Assembly (NCBI GenBank): GCA_963757335.1 | Contig: CAVWRJ010000011.1 | Span: 71,700-135,699 of the forward strand | DNA from: an uncultured Acidobacteriota bacterium | Lineage (GTDB): Bacteria > Acidobacteriota > Thermoanaerobaculia > Multivoradales > UBA5704 | Direction of reading: 5' to 3' | DNA: 64,000 nt | Shown: one piece after another, positions 55,164-64,000 of the stretch | Layout: every line of letters begins with the position of its first letter | Numbering within the stretch: the stretch's first letter is position 1 | The notes under the pieces: generated by a model | What the model saw: only the letters and a program-made list of their open reading frames with translations | Told to the model about the DNA's origin: nothing | Databases searched by the model: none | Position numbers and translations under genes: made by a program

Positions 55164-56093
55164 ATGTCCGAGGAGAGCGAAGAAGGCGTGATGTTCTGTC
55201 CGGGCTGCGGCGGCGAGTACCGCGCCGGCTTCTCGCGCTGCGTCGACTGCGAGCTCGACCTCATCCCCGAGCGCCCGCTCCCACCCGAGCCGGTCGAAGC
55301 CGGTCTGGCGCCTTTTGAGCAGGGGGCTGGAGAAGAGGATTGGGACGACGAAGAAGAGCTGGAAGAGGCCGCTGTCGCTGCCGCGCCGTACCCGCACCCC
55401 GTTCCGCGGGACCTCCCCGAAAATCGGCTGCGCGCCTGGGAGCTGGCGCTGGTCCTCCTCGTCGCCTTCAGCTCCTCCCTCTTTTCCTCGACCCGGGATT
55501 GGTGGACCGGCAGGACCGGGGCCGGGGAACTGACCGTCCTCGGTGCCCTCTATGGAATTCAGAAGCAGCTGGTCTGCCTGGGCCTCCTGGCCTACGTTCT
55601 CTCGCGCCGCAAACGCGGCTTCCGGGACCTCGGCCTCGACTTTCGCCCGGCCGACATCCCGGCGGGGGTCCTGCTGACAGTGGCGGTTTTCCTCGCGCGA
55701 CTCCTCGCCTTTCGCGGGATGCACTGGGTCGCGATCGTGTTCACCGGTCATCCGGCGGTCGCGCACAGCCACCGGGCCGAGCCGATCCCGGGGCTGATGT
55801 TCGGCTCGCTCAATCTTCTCTACAGCGTGATCGATCCCATCTACGAAGAGATGATTGCCCGCGCCTTCGTCATGACCGAGGTCGAAGCTCTGACCGGCAG
55901 CACGGGCATTGCCATCCTGGCGAGCGTCGCCCTCCAAACCTCCTACCATTTGTACCAGGGAACCACGAGCGCCCTCTCCGCGGGAGCGATGTTCCTGGTC
56001 TATGCCTGTTTCTACGCGCGGTTCCGCCGCATCACGCCGGTGATTCTTTCTCACATCTGCTGGGACCTCGTGCTGACTTTGAAGCAGCTCTGA
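55164..56093 (+). CDS. zinc-ribbon-fused CPBP-family intramembrane glutamic endopeptidase (CAAX protease / Abi-like)
   Basis: N-terminal MFCPGCGGEYRAGFSRCVDCE (paralogous to the upstream gene); TM core with EEMIARAF (EExxxR), SYHLYQG (FxxxH-like) and HICWD motifs; ORF-track frame opens at 55008. Confidence 0.7.
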   Translation: MSEESEEGVMFCPGCGGEYRAGFSRCVDCELDLIPERPLPPEPVEAGLAPFEQGAGEEDWDDEEELEEAAVAAAPYPHPVPRDLPENRLRAWELALVLLVAFSSSLFSSTRDWWTGRTGAGELTVLGALYGIQKQLVCLGLLAYVLSRRKRGFRDLGLDFRPADIPAGVLLTVAVFLARLLAFRGMHWVAIVFTGHPAVAHSHRAEPIPGLMFGSLNLLYSVIDPIYEEMIARAFVMTEVEALTGSTGIAILASVALQTSYHLYQGTTSALSAGAMFLVYACFYARFRRITPVILSHICWDLVLTLKQL

Positions 56094-56113
56094 CTGGAAC
56101 CGCTTTCCTGCCC

Positions 56114-56485
56114 CTACCGCGACTGGATCAGCACGAAACCATTGCCGTCGGGGTCCTTGAACTGCGCGAGCTTCATCCCCCAGGGCTGGAGTTGGGGCGG
56201 CTGGGTGAACTCGACGCCCTTGGCGGTCAGGTCGCGGTAGGTTCCCTCGATGTCGTCGCAGTCGAAGACGAGGCCGGAAAAGGTTCCGATCTTGTCCTCG
56301 GAGCCCCGCGGGGTGAAAGGAACGAGGACCGTCTCGGCGCCCGGCGGCGCGAGCTCGATCCAGCGGCCTTCCGGTCCCATGGGCTCGTCGCGACGCTTCT
56401 CGAAGCCGAGCTTGCCGACGTAGAAGTCGACCGCCTGCTGCTGGTCGCGGACGAATAAAGTGATCGATCGGGCACAGGTAATCAT
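56114..56485 (-). CDS. VOC-family (glyoxalase/bleomycin-resistance fold) protein
   Basis: ITLFVRDQQQAVDFYVGKLGFEKR...FKDPDGNGFVLIQ. Confidence 0.8.
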   Translation of the reverse strand: MITCARSITLFVRDQQQAVDFYVGKLGFEKRRDEPMGPEGRWIELAPPGAETVLVPFTPRGSEDKIGTFSGLVFDCDDIEGTYRDLTAKGVEFTQPPQLQPWGMKLAQFKDPDGNGFVLIQSR

Positions 56486-56739
56486 GGTGATCCTCCCTCT
56501 TGAGTCATCTCAGGCCGAGGCCGCCTCGGCAGCGTCCAAGCTCCGTCAGCCGTCGATCAGGCCCGGAGCCTTCGACTCTATTGTATCGTAATTCAGGCGG
56601 AAGTCCGCGCTCCGCGAATGCCCTCGCCTGTCGGGTGCCGCCGCGTCCTAGAGGGCGACGAGGATATCGACCTCGCTCGGGATCCGTAACATCGCCACCT
56701 CTACGGCGTAGGCAAGGGAGACGTTACCGAGGAGACCCC

Positions 56740-58230
56740 ATGGCCCAGCGCCCGCTCCCCCCGATCGCGAAGCTCGCCCTCGTCGCCCTCCTCCTGCTGG
56801 CCGCCACCGTCCGGGCGCAAGCGCCCGTGGTGCCGCCCGCCGTGCCGATGCCGGCTTCTCGCTGGCAGGGCAAGCTCTCTCCCTGTCCCCTGCCGGGCGG
56901 AGCGGGAGAGGCGCTCTGCGGGACGTATGAGGTCTTCGAGAACCGGGAGGCCCGTTCCGGGCGGAAGATCCCCCTGCGGATCGTCCTCCTCCCGGCGCCG
57001 GGTCCCGACCGGGCACCCGACCCCGTCTTCTTCCTCGCCGGAGGGCCCGGCCAGGGGGAGACGCCGGAGGCGCCGGATCTCGCCCACTTCCCCCGGGGGC
57101 GGCGCGACCTCGTCCTCGTCGACACCCGCGGCACGGGCGGTTCGAATCCCCTCTCCTGCCGTCTTTGGGGCGACGGCACCCGGCTCGACCACCTTTTTCC
57201 CCTCGACGCCGTCACCGCCTGCCGGAATGAGTTGGAGAAGAAGGCCGACCTGACGCGCTACACGACCGCCGCCGCCATGGACGACCTCGACGAGGTGCGG
57301 CGCTACCTGGGGTACGGGGCGGTAAACCTGGTGGGCGTCTCCTATGGCACCTACGCCGCGCAAATTTTCCTCGTCCGGCATCCTCAGGCGGTGCGGAGCG
57401 TCGTCCTCTCCGGAGTGGTGAAGCCGGGCGATCCGTCCCCCCTCTACCACGCCCGCAACGCTCAGCACGCCCTCACGCTTCTCGCCCGCGACTGCACGGC
57501 CGAGCCGGCCTGCCATGCCGCCTTCCCCCGCTTTGAGGAAGAGGTCTCGGCCGCGCTCGGCCGGCTGGCCCGGAAACCGGTCCGGGTGAAGTTGACTCAC
57601 CCCGAGACTGGCAAGCCGGTGGAAGTCGAGCTCACCCGCTCCGCCGCGGCGGACGCCCTCCGCTGGGCCCTCTACAATCCGCAAGAAGCGAGAGCGGTAC
57701 CCCTCTTCATCCACCAGGCGGCAGAGGGGGACTATCGGGAGCTCGCCCGCGGTGCGATCCAGAGCCGGGCCGGGCTCCAGGAGGGGCTCGCGCTCGGGCT
57801 CCTCTTCTCGGTCACCTGCGCCGAGGACCTGTCGCGGATCGACCCCAAGGAGATCCCCGCCGCCACGAAAGGGACCTTCTACGGCGACGACCGGGTCCGC
57901 GATCAGCTCGCCGTCTGCGGCATCTGGCCGCACGCGCCGCTGCCGCCGGGCTCGGGCGATCTCGTCCACTCGAACGTCCCCGTCCTCCTCCTCTCCGGCG
58001 AGCGCGACCCGGTCACCCCGCCCGCAGACGCCGCCGAGGTCGCCAAGGGCTTTCCGCATGGCCTCTGGGTCCAGATCCCGCACGGATCTCATGGCGGCGG
58101 CGGCGATTGCGCGAACCGGGTGATCGCGGATTTCATCGAGCGGGGGTCGATCCAGGGACTGGACGTCGGCTGCCTCAAGACCTCGCAGGCGGTGCCGTTC
58201 GTCACCAAGGCGGCGAAAGGAGAGAACTGA
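56740..58230 (+). CDS. secreted alpha/beta-hydrolase, peptidase S33-like (TAP-type aminopeptidase)
   Basis: Signal peptide MAQRPLPPIAKLALVALLLLAATVRAQA; nucleophile elbow GVSYGT; C-terminal TAP-like region; ORF-track frame opens at 56500. Confidence 0.8.
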   Translation: MAQRPLPPIAKLALVALLLLAATVRAQAPVVPPAVPMPASRWQGKLSPCPLPGGAGEALCGTYEVFENREARSGRKIPLRIVLLPAPGPDRAPDPVFFLAGGPGQGETPEAPDLAHFPRGRRDLVLVDTRGTGGSNPLSCRLWGDGTRLDHLFPLDAVTACRNELEKKADLTRYTTAAAMDDLDEVRRYLGYGAVNLVGVSYGTYAAQIFLVRHPQAVRSVVLSGVVKPGDPSPLYHARNAQHALTLLARDCTAEPACHAAFPRFEEEVSAALGRLARKPVRVKLTHPETGKPVEVELTRSAAADALRWALYNPQEARAVPLFIHQAAEGDYRELARGAIQSRAGLQEGLALGLLFSVTCAEDLSRIDPKEIPAATKGTFYGDDRVRDQLAVCGIWPHAPLPPGSGDLVHSNVPVLLLSGERDPVTPPADAAEVAKGFPHGLWVQIPHGSHGGGGDCANRVIADFIERGSIQGLDVGCLKTSQAVPFVTKAAKGEN

Positions 58231-58329
58231 GAAGAATGGAGTCTAGATGGATCGCTGCCGGCTGGGGAATAAACCCTCAGCCGGCGCCGAAGATCCGTTC
58301 GTACACGGACCTAAAGCCGCGGAAACTCG

Positions 58330-58575
58330 TCAGGCCGGAGGAAGCTTGGCGAGCTCCTCGTCCAAGAAGGCGAGACCCAGCTCCAGGGAGGTCCTGCGAA
58401 CCGGCGACCGCGCCGCCTCGATGTCCTGGAGGACCCGTCGCCGAGATAGCTCCAAACTCTCCCGTTTGTGCCGGACCTCGCGCTCCTCGGGTGTGAGCAG
58501 CCCGCTCTGCTCCCTCCCGGCGGCTCGATCCTCGATCTGGGATTCGACCGATTTGCTCTCCCAACCACGCGCCAT
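58330..58575 (-). CDS. hypothetical small charged protein
   Basis: ORF track only; coiled-coil-like. Confidence 0.3.
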   Translation of the reverse strand: MARGWESKSVESQIEDRAAGREQSGLLTPEEREVRHKRESLELSRRRVLQDIEAARSPVRRTSLELGLAFLDEELAKLPPA

Positions 58576-58695
58576 GGTCCGACCTCCTTCTTACTTCCCA
58601 ACCCTCCACAGTCCGAGAAGATTCCTCGAAAGCCGGCCGGGAGATCTCGGGAGTATCATGGCCCGCGCACCTCCTCACCTGCTACGGAGTGAAAA

Positions 58696-59925
58696 ATGAC
58701 GAACAGATCCCGAAGCATCGTACTCGCAGCGATCCTCCTCGCCCTCCTGACCGCCGGGGCGGCTGCCGCCGTCCCCTACCAGATCACCGGCTCCCACCAG
58801 AGCCGGGAGGGCAGCCTCGTCCGCACCGACTTCGTCGTACAGGCCGGCCCGAGCCCGCTCGATCGTTTCAAGATGGTCCGGCTGACCCGGGACGTCCCCG
58901 CGTCCCACTTGCGCGGCTCGATCCTCTTTCTCCCCCCGCTGGGGACGACCTTCGCCTTCTACGAGCAGCGCGACCCGAGCGGCGCTCCCGGCTCTTCGAT
59001 CGCCGAATACTTCGCGCTCCGCGACTTCGACGTCTACGGCTATTCGCCGCGCTACGAGGCGATCCCCGCCGGCTCGTGTGAATCCCACGTTCTCGATTGC
59101 TCGGTAATGGCCGGCTGGAACCTCGCCTCGATGGTGGACGACATCACCTTCGTCCGCTCGCGAATCGCGGTCCTCCACCCCGGCGGCAAAGTCGTCACCG
59201 GCGGCAACTCCCTGGGCGGCATTCTCGCTCTCGCCGTGGCCAACGCCCATCCCACCGACTACGCCGGGATCATCCCCTGGGAGGGCATGCTCTTCAGCAA
59301 CGACTCCCAGGTGCGGAGCTTGAACCAGGGCTACTGCGCCGCCGAGGAGGCGCAGATCGCCGCCGGCGTCGTCTACGACGGTCTGATGTCGAACGTCTTC
59401 AAGGACGTCACCAAGTTCGCCAAGACCGCGCCGGACGGGCTCAACATCATCCCCCTCTTCCCGTCCACGTTGACCAGCCACCAGCTCTTCGTCACCCTGC
59501 TCTCGGTGACCGCGCCGGGGCCGATCAGCATGCCGGTGCCCAACTACATCCTGATGAACGGCAGTCCCGCCCAAGACCGGCTCTTCTTCGCCTCCGAGCG
59601 GCGGGCGTTCGAGAGCTTCCTCGCCACTTTCAACAGCTACGTTCCGACGGTGATCGAACGCGACGTGAGCTGCTCGCTCGCAGGGAGCGAGAACCGTTAC
59701 TTCAATCACGCCGGAGCCTTCAAGGGCTCGGTCCTCGCGATCGGCGGCAGTCGCGGTTTCGGCCCCTACATGTCCGATCACCTGGCCCTCCTGGGCTCGA
59801 CGGACAAGACCTTCCTCCTGGAACCCGACTTCGGGCACATCGACCACTTCATGACGCCCCATCACCGGGATTTCGTGGAACGGCCGATCTTCGAGTGGGC
59901 GCTTCGGGTGTTCGGCGAACGGTAG
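58696..59925 (+). CDS. secreted alpha/beta-hydrolase (lipase/esterase-like)
   Basis: Signal peptide MTNRSRSIVLAAILLALLTAGAAAA; GNSLGG nucleophile elbow. Confidence 0.75.
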   Translation: MTNRSRSIVLAAILLALLTAGAAAAVPYQITGSHQSREGSLVRTDFVVQAGPSPLDRFKMVRLTRDVPASHLRGSILFLPPLGTTFAFYEQRDPSGAPGSSIAEYFALRDFDVYGYSPRYEAIPAGSCESHVLDCSVMAGWNLASMVDDITFVRSRIAVLHPGGKVVTGGNSLGGILALAVANAHPTDYAGIIPWEGMLFSNDSQVRSLNQGYCAAEEAQIAAGVVYDGLMSNVFKDVTKFAKTAPDGLNIIPLFPSTLTSHQLFVTLLSVTAPGPISMPVPNYILMNGSPAQDRLFFASERRAFESFLATFNSYVPTVIERDVSCSLAGSENRYFNHAGAFKGSVLAIGGSRGFGPYMSDHLALLGSTDKTFLLEPDFGHIDHFMTPHHRDFVERPIFEWALRVFGER

Positions 59926-60047
59926 GAGGGGGATTGCCGAGAGCTGGCGGTCACCGCCGGACTGCCGGCGACGACCGCCAGGCTCCCGGCGAAGGCCGCC
60001 GGTAGCCCGGCGAAGATCCCCAGAACTGCCTTTTCTCCCTGGGACCG

Positions 60048-60077
60048 CCGGCGTCCCCGCCGGCTCTTCTGCTTTTT
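60048..60077 (+). terminator. candidate intrinsic terminator (CCGGCG-TCCC-CGCCGG hairpin followed by CTCTTCTGCTTTTTC)
   Basis: GC hairpin plus T-rich tract about 120 bp after the hydrolase gene stop. Confidence 0.4.
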
Positions 60078-60259
60078 CAGTCCGACCCCGCCGCGTCGGT
60101 CCCTACGATCAGGCTTGTTGTTGAATATTCTTTCAATTTGTTGTACATTAGATTTGATTAAGCGCCGGCTTGAGACCGGCCCGGCTCCGACAGCTGCCTC
60201 ACCAGCTGTGGCGGTAGCTGCCGAGTTGCCGATCCAAGGTAACCGACAGGAGAATCAAC

Positions 60260-60844
60260 ATGCGACAGACTCGCCTTTTCCTCCTCGTGACAGTGCTTCT
60301 TCTCGCCGCTGTTCCTAGCTTCGGTACCACCACCTGCATCTCTCGTACGAGCGGAATTTACTCCTGGTACGAATGCATCAGCAATGGCGATTTCTCCAGT
60401 GGTACGACGAGCTGGAGCGTGTCTCCGTCGGGCAACGTCGACACTACCCATAGCGGGCAGCATATGTGCGGTAGCGGTTGGACCAGCTACGCCAAGTCGA
60501 CCGGCGCTTACGGCTTCGCCGATATCTCTCAGTCGTTCACGACCGACAGCGGCGCGAAGTCGGCGTTCGACATCACTCTGACGATTGACCTGCTCCACTC
60601 TCACTCCTCCTCTGCGAACCGGCTGGGGGTGATCGTTTACAACCTCACAGACAATACCTCGGAGACCCTCGCCACGATTGACGGCTCTGGAGGCGATATC
60701 TGCAGCACCACCTATTCCTACTCCGTCTCCAGGCCGGCGTGGAAGGGGAAGAACATGAAGCTCTTGATCACCGAAGACTTCTGGGATTCCGATGCGCAGT
60801 TCAACGTCTCTGCGGTCTCGTTCATCCAAAATATCTTCCCCTGA
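60260..60844 (+). CDS. hypothetical secreted Ser/Thr-rich protein in an AT-richer islet
   Basis: Signal peptide MRQTRLFLLVTVLLLAAVPSFG; local GC clearly below neighbours. Confidence 0.55.
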   Translation: MRQTRLFLLVTVLLLAAVPSFGTTTCISRTSGIYSWYECISNGDFSSGTTSWSVSPSGNVDTTHSGQHMCGSGWTSYAKSTGAYGFADISQSFTTDSGAKSAFDITLTIDLLHSHSSSANRLGVIVYNLTDNTSETLATIDGSGGDICSTTYSYSVSRPAWKGKNMKLLITEDFWDSDAQFNVSAVSFIQNIFP

Positions 60845-60982
60845 GATCTCAGTCGGTAAGCGTGGGCTAGTGTAGCGCGTCTAACAAATGGGATCTTATC
60901 CACCCTAAGAGCTCTTTTCTCATGGATACTTCTCCAACTGCCTCGAGACGACGAAGCTGGGGAGCTAGTCGCACATCTCCGA

Positions 60983-61549
60983 TCAGCCGTCGCCGAAGAC
61001 CCGCTCGTAGACGGCGGCCAAGGATAGCTCGCAGCCGATTGAGGGCAAGGGCAGGTGGTCTTCGAGCCGCTTTGCCTCGGAGAGCAGCCAGTCGCCGTTC
61101 GGTTGGCGCGAGAAGCGTTCGACGTCGATGCGATCTTGGGAAACGAGGACCACCTCCTGGAGTGTCTCGATGGTCCGGTAATGCCCGAACTTCTTGCCGC
61201 GGTCGTAGGCCTCGGTCGAGGGGGACAAGACCTCGATGATCAGGATGGGGTTGAGCAGCGTGTCGAGCTCGGCGAACCGGCGTTCCCCGCAGGCGACGAC
61301 GATGTCCGGGTAGGTATAAAGGCCCGTCGCGGTGACCCGGAGCCGCATGTCAGCGATCGAGGCCCGGCAGGGGCGACCGCGTAGCTGGGCATGCAGGATA
61401 GCCGCGATATTCCAGACGATGTCGTTGTGCTCGGCACTGGCGCCAGACATCGCGAACATCTCACCGTCTAAAAACTCGTGCTTCTCTTCCGACTGGCGCT
61501 CCAGGGCCAGGTACTCCTCGGCGGTTATTTTGCGCTGAGGCTCTGACAT
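60983..61549 (-). CDS. Uma2-family (DUF820, PD-(D/E)xK-like) endonuclease
   Basis: ITAEEYLALERQSEEKHEFLDGEMFAMSGASAEHNDIVWNIAAILHAQLRGRPCRA... matches the Uma2 family pattern. Confidence 0.8.
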   Translation of the reverse strand: MSEPQRKITAEEYLALERQSEEKHEFLDGEMFAMSGASAEHNDIVWNIAAILHAQLRGRPCRASIADMRLRVTATGLYTYPDIVVACGERRFAELDTLLNPILIIEVLSPSTEAYDRGKKFGHYRTIETLQEVVLVSQDRIDVERFSRQPNGDWLLSEAKRLEDHLPLPSIGCELSLAAVYERVFGDG

Positions 61550-61609
61550 GGGGTCAGGGTACCACGGCTCAATCGGTGCCGTTGGTCGGACCTGGGAAGG
61601 TGCCTTTCT

Positions 61610-63481
61610 TCATTCGACCTTCTCCACCTCTACCGGTTCCGGGATCGGCCCCGAGTTGGTCAGAGGCTGAATCTCGGCCTCCTCCCCCGCCCGCAACTGC
61701 TCGAACACCTTCCTCCCCATCCCCGGACCCAGCGCCGCCTGCAGCTCTTCGAGCGGCGCTTCCTTCACTCCGGTCACGCTGCCGAAGCGCTGGAGCAACA
61801 GCTTCCGTCGCCGCGGGCCGATCCCGGCGAGCTCGTCGAGTTTGCTGTGGAGGGTCCGTACCGATCTCCGGGCCCGGTGTTTGGAGACGGCGAAGCGGTG
61901 GGACTCGTCGCGGATCTGCTGGAGGAGCCTCAAGCCCGCATCCTCCCTGGAGAGCCGCAGGGGCTCGGGGAGACCGGGGACGTAGACCTCCTCCTCCCGC
62001 TTGGCGAGCGAGATGATCGGCGTCTCCTCCACTCCCAGATTCGCCAGTGCATCCATGGCGGCATTCAGCTGGCCGCGGCCGCCGTCGATCAGGATCAGGT
62101 CGGGCATGGCTCCCAGCTCTTCGAGGCGCCTCTTGTAGCGGCGGGCGACCGCTTCGTGCATGGAGGCGAAGTCGTCCGGCATGCCCTCGGCGATCTTGAT
62201 GTTGAAGCTCCGATACTCGGACTTCCGCATCTTCCCCTCCTCCCAGACGACGAGCGAGGCCACGGTCTCGCCGCCCTGGAAGTGGGAGATGTCGAAGCCC
62301 TCGATCCGGCGCGGCGGCTCGGAGAGGTCGAGATGGCGTTCCAGGGCGATGGCGCCGGGCGACTCGACGGCGTCGGCGCGGAAACGGCGGTGGTGGGCGA
62401 GTTGGGCGTTGTGGTGGGCGAGGGCCACCCGGTCGGCCTTGTCGCCGCGCGACGGCATGCGGACGTAGACCCGCTCCCCCTTCTTCTCGCAGAGCCATTC
62501 GAGGAGCGCCTCCTCCCCCTCGATCGGCACCGGCAGGTGGATCTCCTTGGGGATGAAGGTCGTGCGGTCGTAGAGCTGGGGCAGAAGCTCGGAGAGGAGC
62601 TGCTCGGGGGTGATCTCCCCCACCGCTTCCCAGAAGAGCTCGCGCCGGTCGAGCACCTGGCCGCCCCGCATGACGAGCACCGCCACCGCGGCGTTGCCGC
62701 CGGAGACGTAGGCGCCGAAAACGTCGACGTCCTCGCCGCCGACGGAGGAGAGCTTGCGGCGCTGGCTGATCGACTCGATCTCGGCCAGAGTGTCTCTCAG
62801 CTGCGCCGCCTTCTCATAGTCGGTCGCCTCGGCGGCTTCCCACATTTGCCGCTTGAGATCTTTCACCAGCGGCTCGTTTTTCCCCGCCAGGAAGAGCTTG
62901 GCCTGGTGCACCGACCGGTCGTAGGCCTCTTTCGTCGTCAGGCGCTCGACGCAGGGGCCGAGGCAACGGTGCATGTCGTAGTAGAGGCAGGGGCGCGGCA
63001 GACTGCCGTCGATCTCGATGTGGCAGACCCGGATCCCGAAGAGCTTCTGCACCAGCTTGATCGCCTTGCGCGCCAGGCCGCCGGGGAGGAAGGGGCCGAA
63101 GTAGTCGGCGCGGTCCTCCCGGATACGGCGGGTGAAGGCGATGCGCGGGAACTCCTCGCGGGTGAGCTTTAAATACGGGTAGGTCTTATCGTCCTTCAAG
63201 AGGACGTTGTAGCGCGGCTTCTTTTTCTTGATCCAGTTGTTTTCTAGGAGGAGCGCCTCGGACTCGGTGTCGGTCGCCACGAACTCCAGATCCGCCGCCT
63301 CGGCGACCATCGCCGCCAGCCGCGGCTCGTGATCGCGCACCAGGTAGGAGGAGGCGCGCTTCTTGAGCGATTTCGACTTGCCGACGTAGAGGACCTTCCC
63401 CTCCGCATCCTTGAAGATGTAGATGCCCGGGCGGTCGGGAAGGTCGCGGATGCGCTGGACTAAGAGGTCGGCGTACGGCAT
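61610..63481 (-). CDS. uvrC: excinuclease ABC subunit C
   Basis: N-terminal GIY-YIG (PGIYIFKD...LYVGKSKSLKKR), UvrBC-interaction, RNase H-like endonuclease and C-terminal HhH domains. Confidence 0.9.
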   Translation of the reverse strand: MPYADLLVQRIRDLPDRPGIYIFKDAEGKVLYVGKSKSLKKRASSYLVRDHEPRLAAMVAEAADLEFVATDTESEALLLENNWIKKKKPRYNVLLKDDKTYPYLKLTREEFPRIAFTRRIREDRADYFGPFLPGGLARKAIKLVQKLFGIRVCHIEIDGSLPRPCLYYDMHRCLGPCVERLTTKEAYDRSVHQAKLFLAGKNEPLVKDLKRQMWEAAEATDYEKAAQLRDTLAEIESISQRRKLSSVGGEDVDVFGAYVSGGNAAVAVLVMRGGQVLDRRELFWEAVGEITPEQLLSELLPQLYDRTTFIPKEIHLPVPIEGEEALLEWLCEKKGERVYVRMPSRGDKADRVALAHHNAQLAHHRRFRADAVESPGAIALERHLDLSEPPRRIEGFDISHFQGGETVASLVVWEEGKMRKSEYRSFNIKIAEGMPDDFASMHEAVARRYKRRLEELGAMPDLILIDGGRGQLNAAMDALANLGVEETPIISLAKREEEVYVPGLPEPLRLSREDAGLRLLQQIRDESHRFAVSKHRARRSVRTLHSKLDELAGIGPRRRKLLLQRFGSVTGVKEAPLEELQAALGPGMGRKVFEQLRAGEEAEIQPLTNSGPIPEPVEVEKVE

Positions 63482-63972
63482 GGGTCAGATGATAACGGCC
63501 GGCGGTGGTGGTTGGGAGACCTTCCCGGTGCCTGAACGTGTCCTGCCGCGGTTCTCAGGTCGAGCTTCAGCCTCCCTCTCTCGACCACATGCTCGCGCGT
63601 CGAGTCGGTCACCCGGATGTTGCCACGCCCGAGACGGACGCCGATGCGCTCGAGCTCGCCCACCGGCACGCGAGCCAGGGCGGCGCCGTCCAGGTCCGTG
63701 AACCAGCCGTGTTGCTCGATGCGGTAGCGCAGCGTCGGGACTGGCTCGAGGTCGAAGTCGACGTGCGTCTCGAGCCGGCTCGTCGGCAGGCCAAACCCGT
63801 GCAGCTCGCCGGTGACCGAAAGCTCGGTTGCCGGCGCATCGACGACCACGATCTCGACGTTCGCCGTACGCGCCGTGATTTCAAAGGCTCGCGGTGCGCG
63901 CGGCAACGAGGAGAGCGGGATGTTCGCCGTGAGCTCGGTGCCGTGAGGAGTCGCGAACAGGGCGAGGAGCAC
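63460..63972 (-). CDS. hypothetical protein, possibly secreted beta-strand-repeat (DUF4097-like), may extend beyond the window
   Basis: ORF track; N-terminal hydrophobic segment; 3' end overlaps the uvrC start. Confidence 0.35.
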   Translation of the reverse strand: MLLALFATPHGTELTANIPLSSLPRAPRAFEITARTANVEIVVVDAPATELSVTGELHGFGLPTSRLETHVDFDLEPVPTLRYRIEQHGWFTDLDGAALARVPVGELERIGVRLGRGNIRVTDSTREHVVERGRLKLDLRTAAGHVQAPGRSPNHHRRPLSSDPCRTPTS

Positions 63973-64000
63973 GACCGCTCCGCCGAGCGCAGCAGCCGCC

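Overview
This is a high-GC (about 65-70%) bacterial chromosomal segment. A TonB-dependent receptor with an N-terminal carboxypeptidase-regulatory-like domain suggests Acidobacteria-like ancestry, but that is inference only. I found no rRNA, tRNA or CRISPR.

The left third (about 1-9.9 kb) looks like an integrative/conjugative (AICE/ICE-like) backbone:
- a LexA-type S24 repressor operon (lexA, DUF2188, a 93-aa ORF)
- a hicBA toxin-antitoxin pair
- a lower-GC 377-aa orphan gene
- a replication-relaxation (Replic_Relax) protein
- a HerA/FtsK/TraD-like ATPase
- a lower-GC three-gene operon (small protein, histone-H1-like basic protein, 4-TM membrane protein)
- a leading-region-like set (small acidic protein, zinc-ribbon protein, ArdC-like ssDNA-binding/HExxH anti-restriction protein)

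A second mobility module at 22.8-28.4 kb encodes a membrane protein, a 995-aa paralogous HerA/TraD-like ATPase with an extra N-terminal domain and a C-terminal PD-(D/E)xK-like tail, and a large serine recombinase. It is followed by about 0.8 kb of degenerate 62-bp tandem repeats.

Between and after these modules lie chromosomal-type genes:
- a TonB receptor
- a Hanks Ser/Thr kinase in an operon with an FHA plus Fis-HTH protein
- two giant secreted repeat proteins (1644 aa and 1604 aa) that share an uncharacterised ~125-aa domain
- an MscS-FHA channel translationally coupled to a membrane-anchored pseudokinase
- a Kazal-like small secreted protein, a pseudopilin and etfBA
- several SDR oxidoreductases
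- an acyl-CoA dehydrogenase paired with a phosphotransferase
- an OSBS/NSAR enolase paired with a GNAT protein
- DinB-like proteins, hydrolases, a Uma2 endonuclease and uvrC

Noncoding highlights:
- eight helically phased TGTCG direct repeats plus a sigma-54-type -24/-12 promoter upstream of a secreted CxxCH protein
- two arrays of related GC-rich tandem repeats (62-bp and 21-bp units) filling convergent intergenic regions
- direct repeats flanking the second giant gene
- two homopolymer-associated frameshifts
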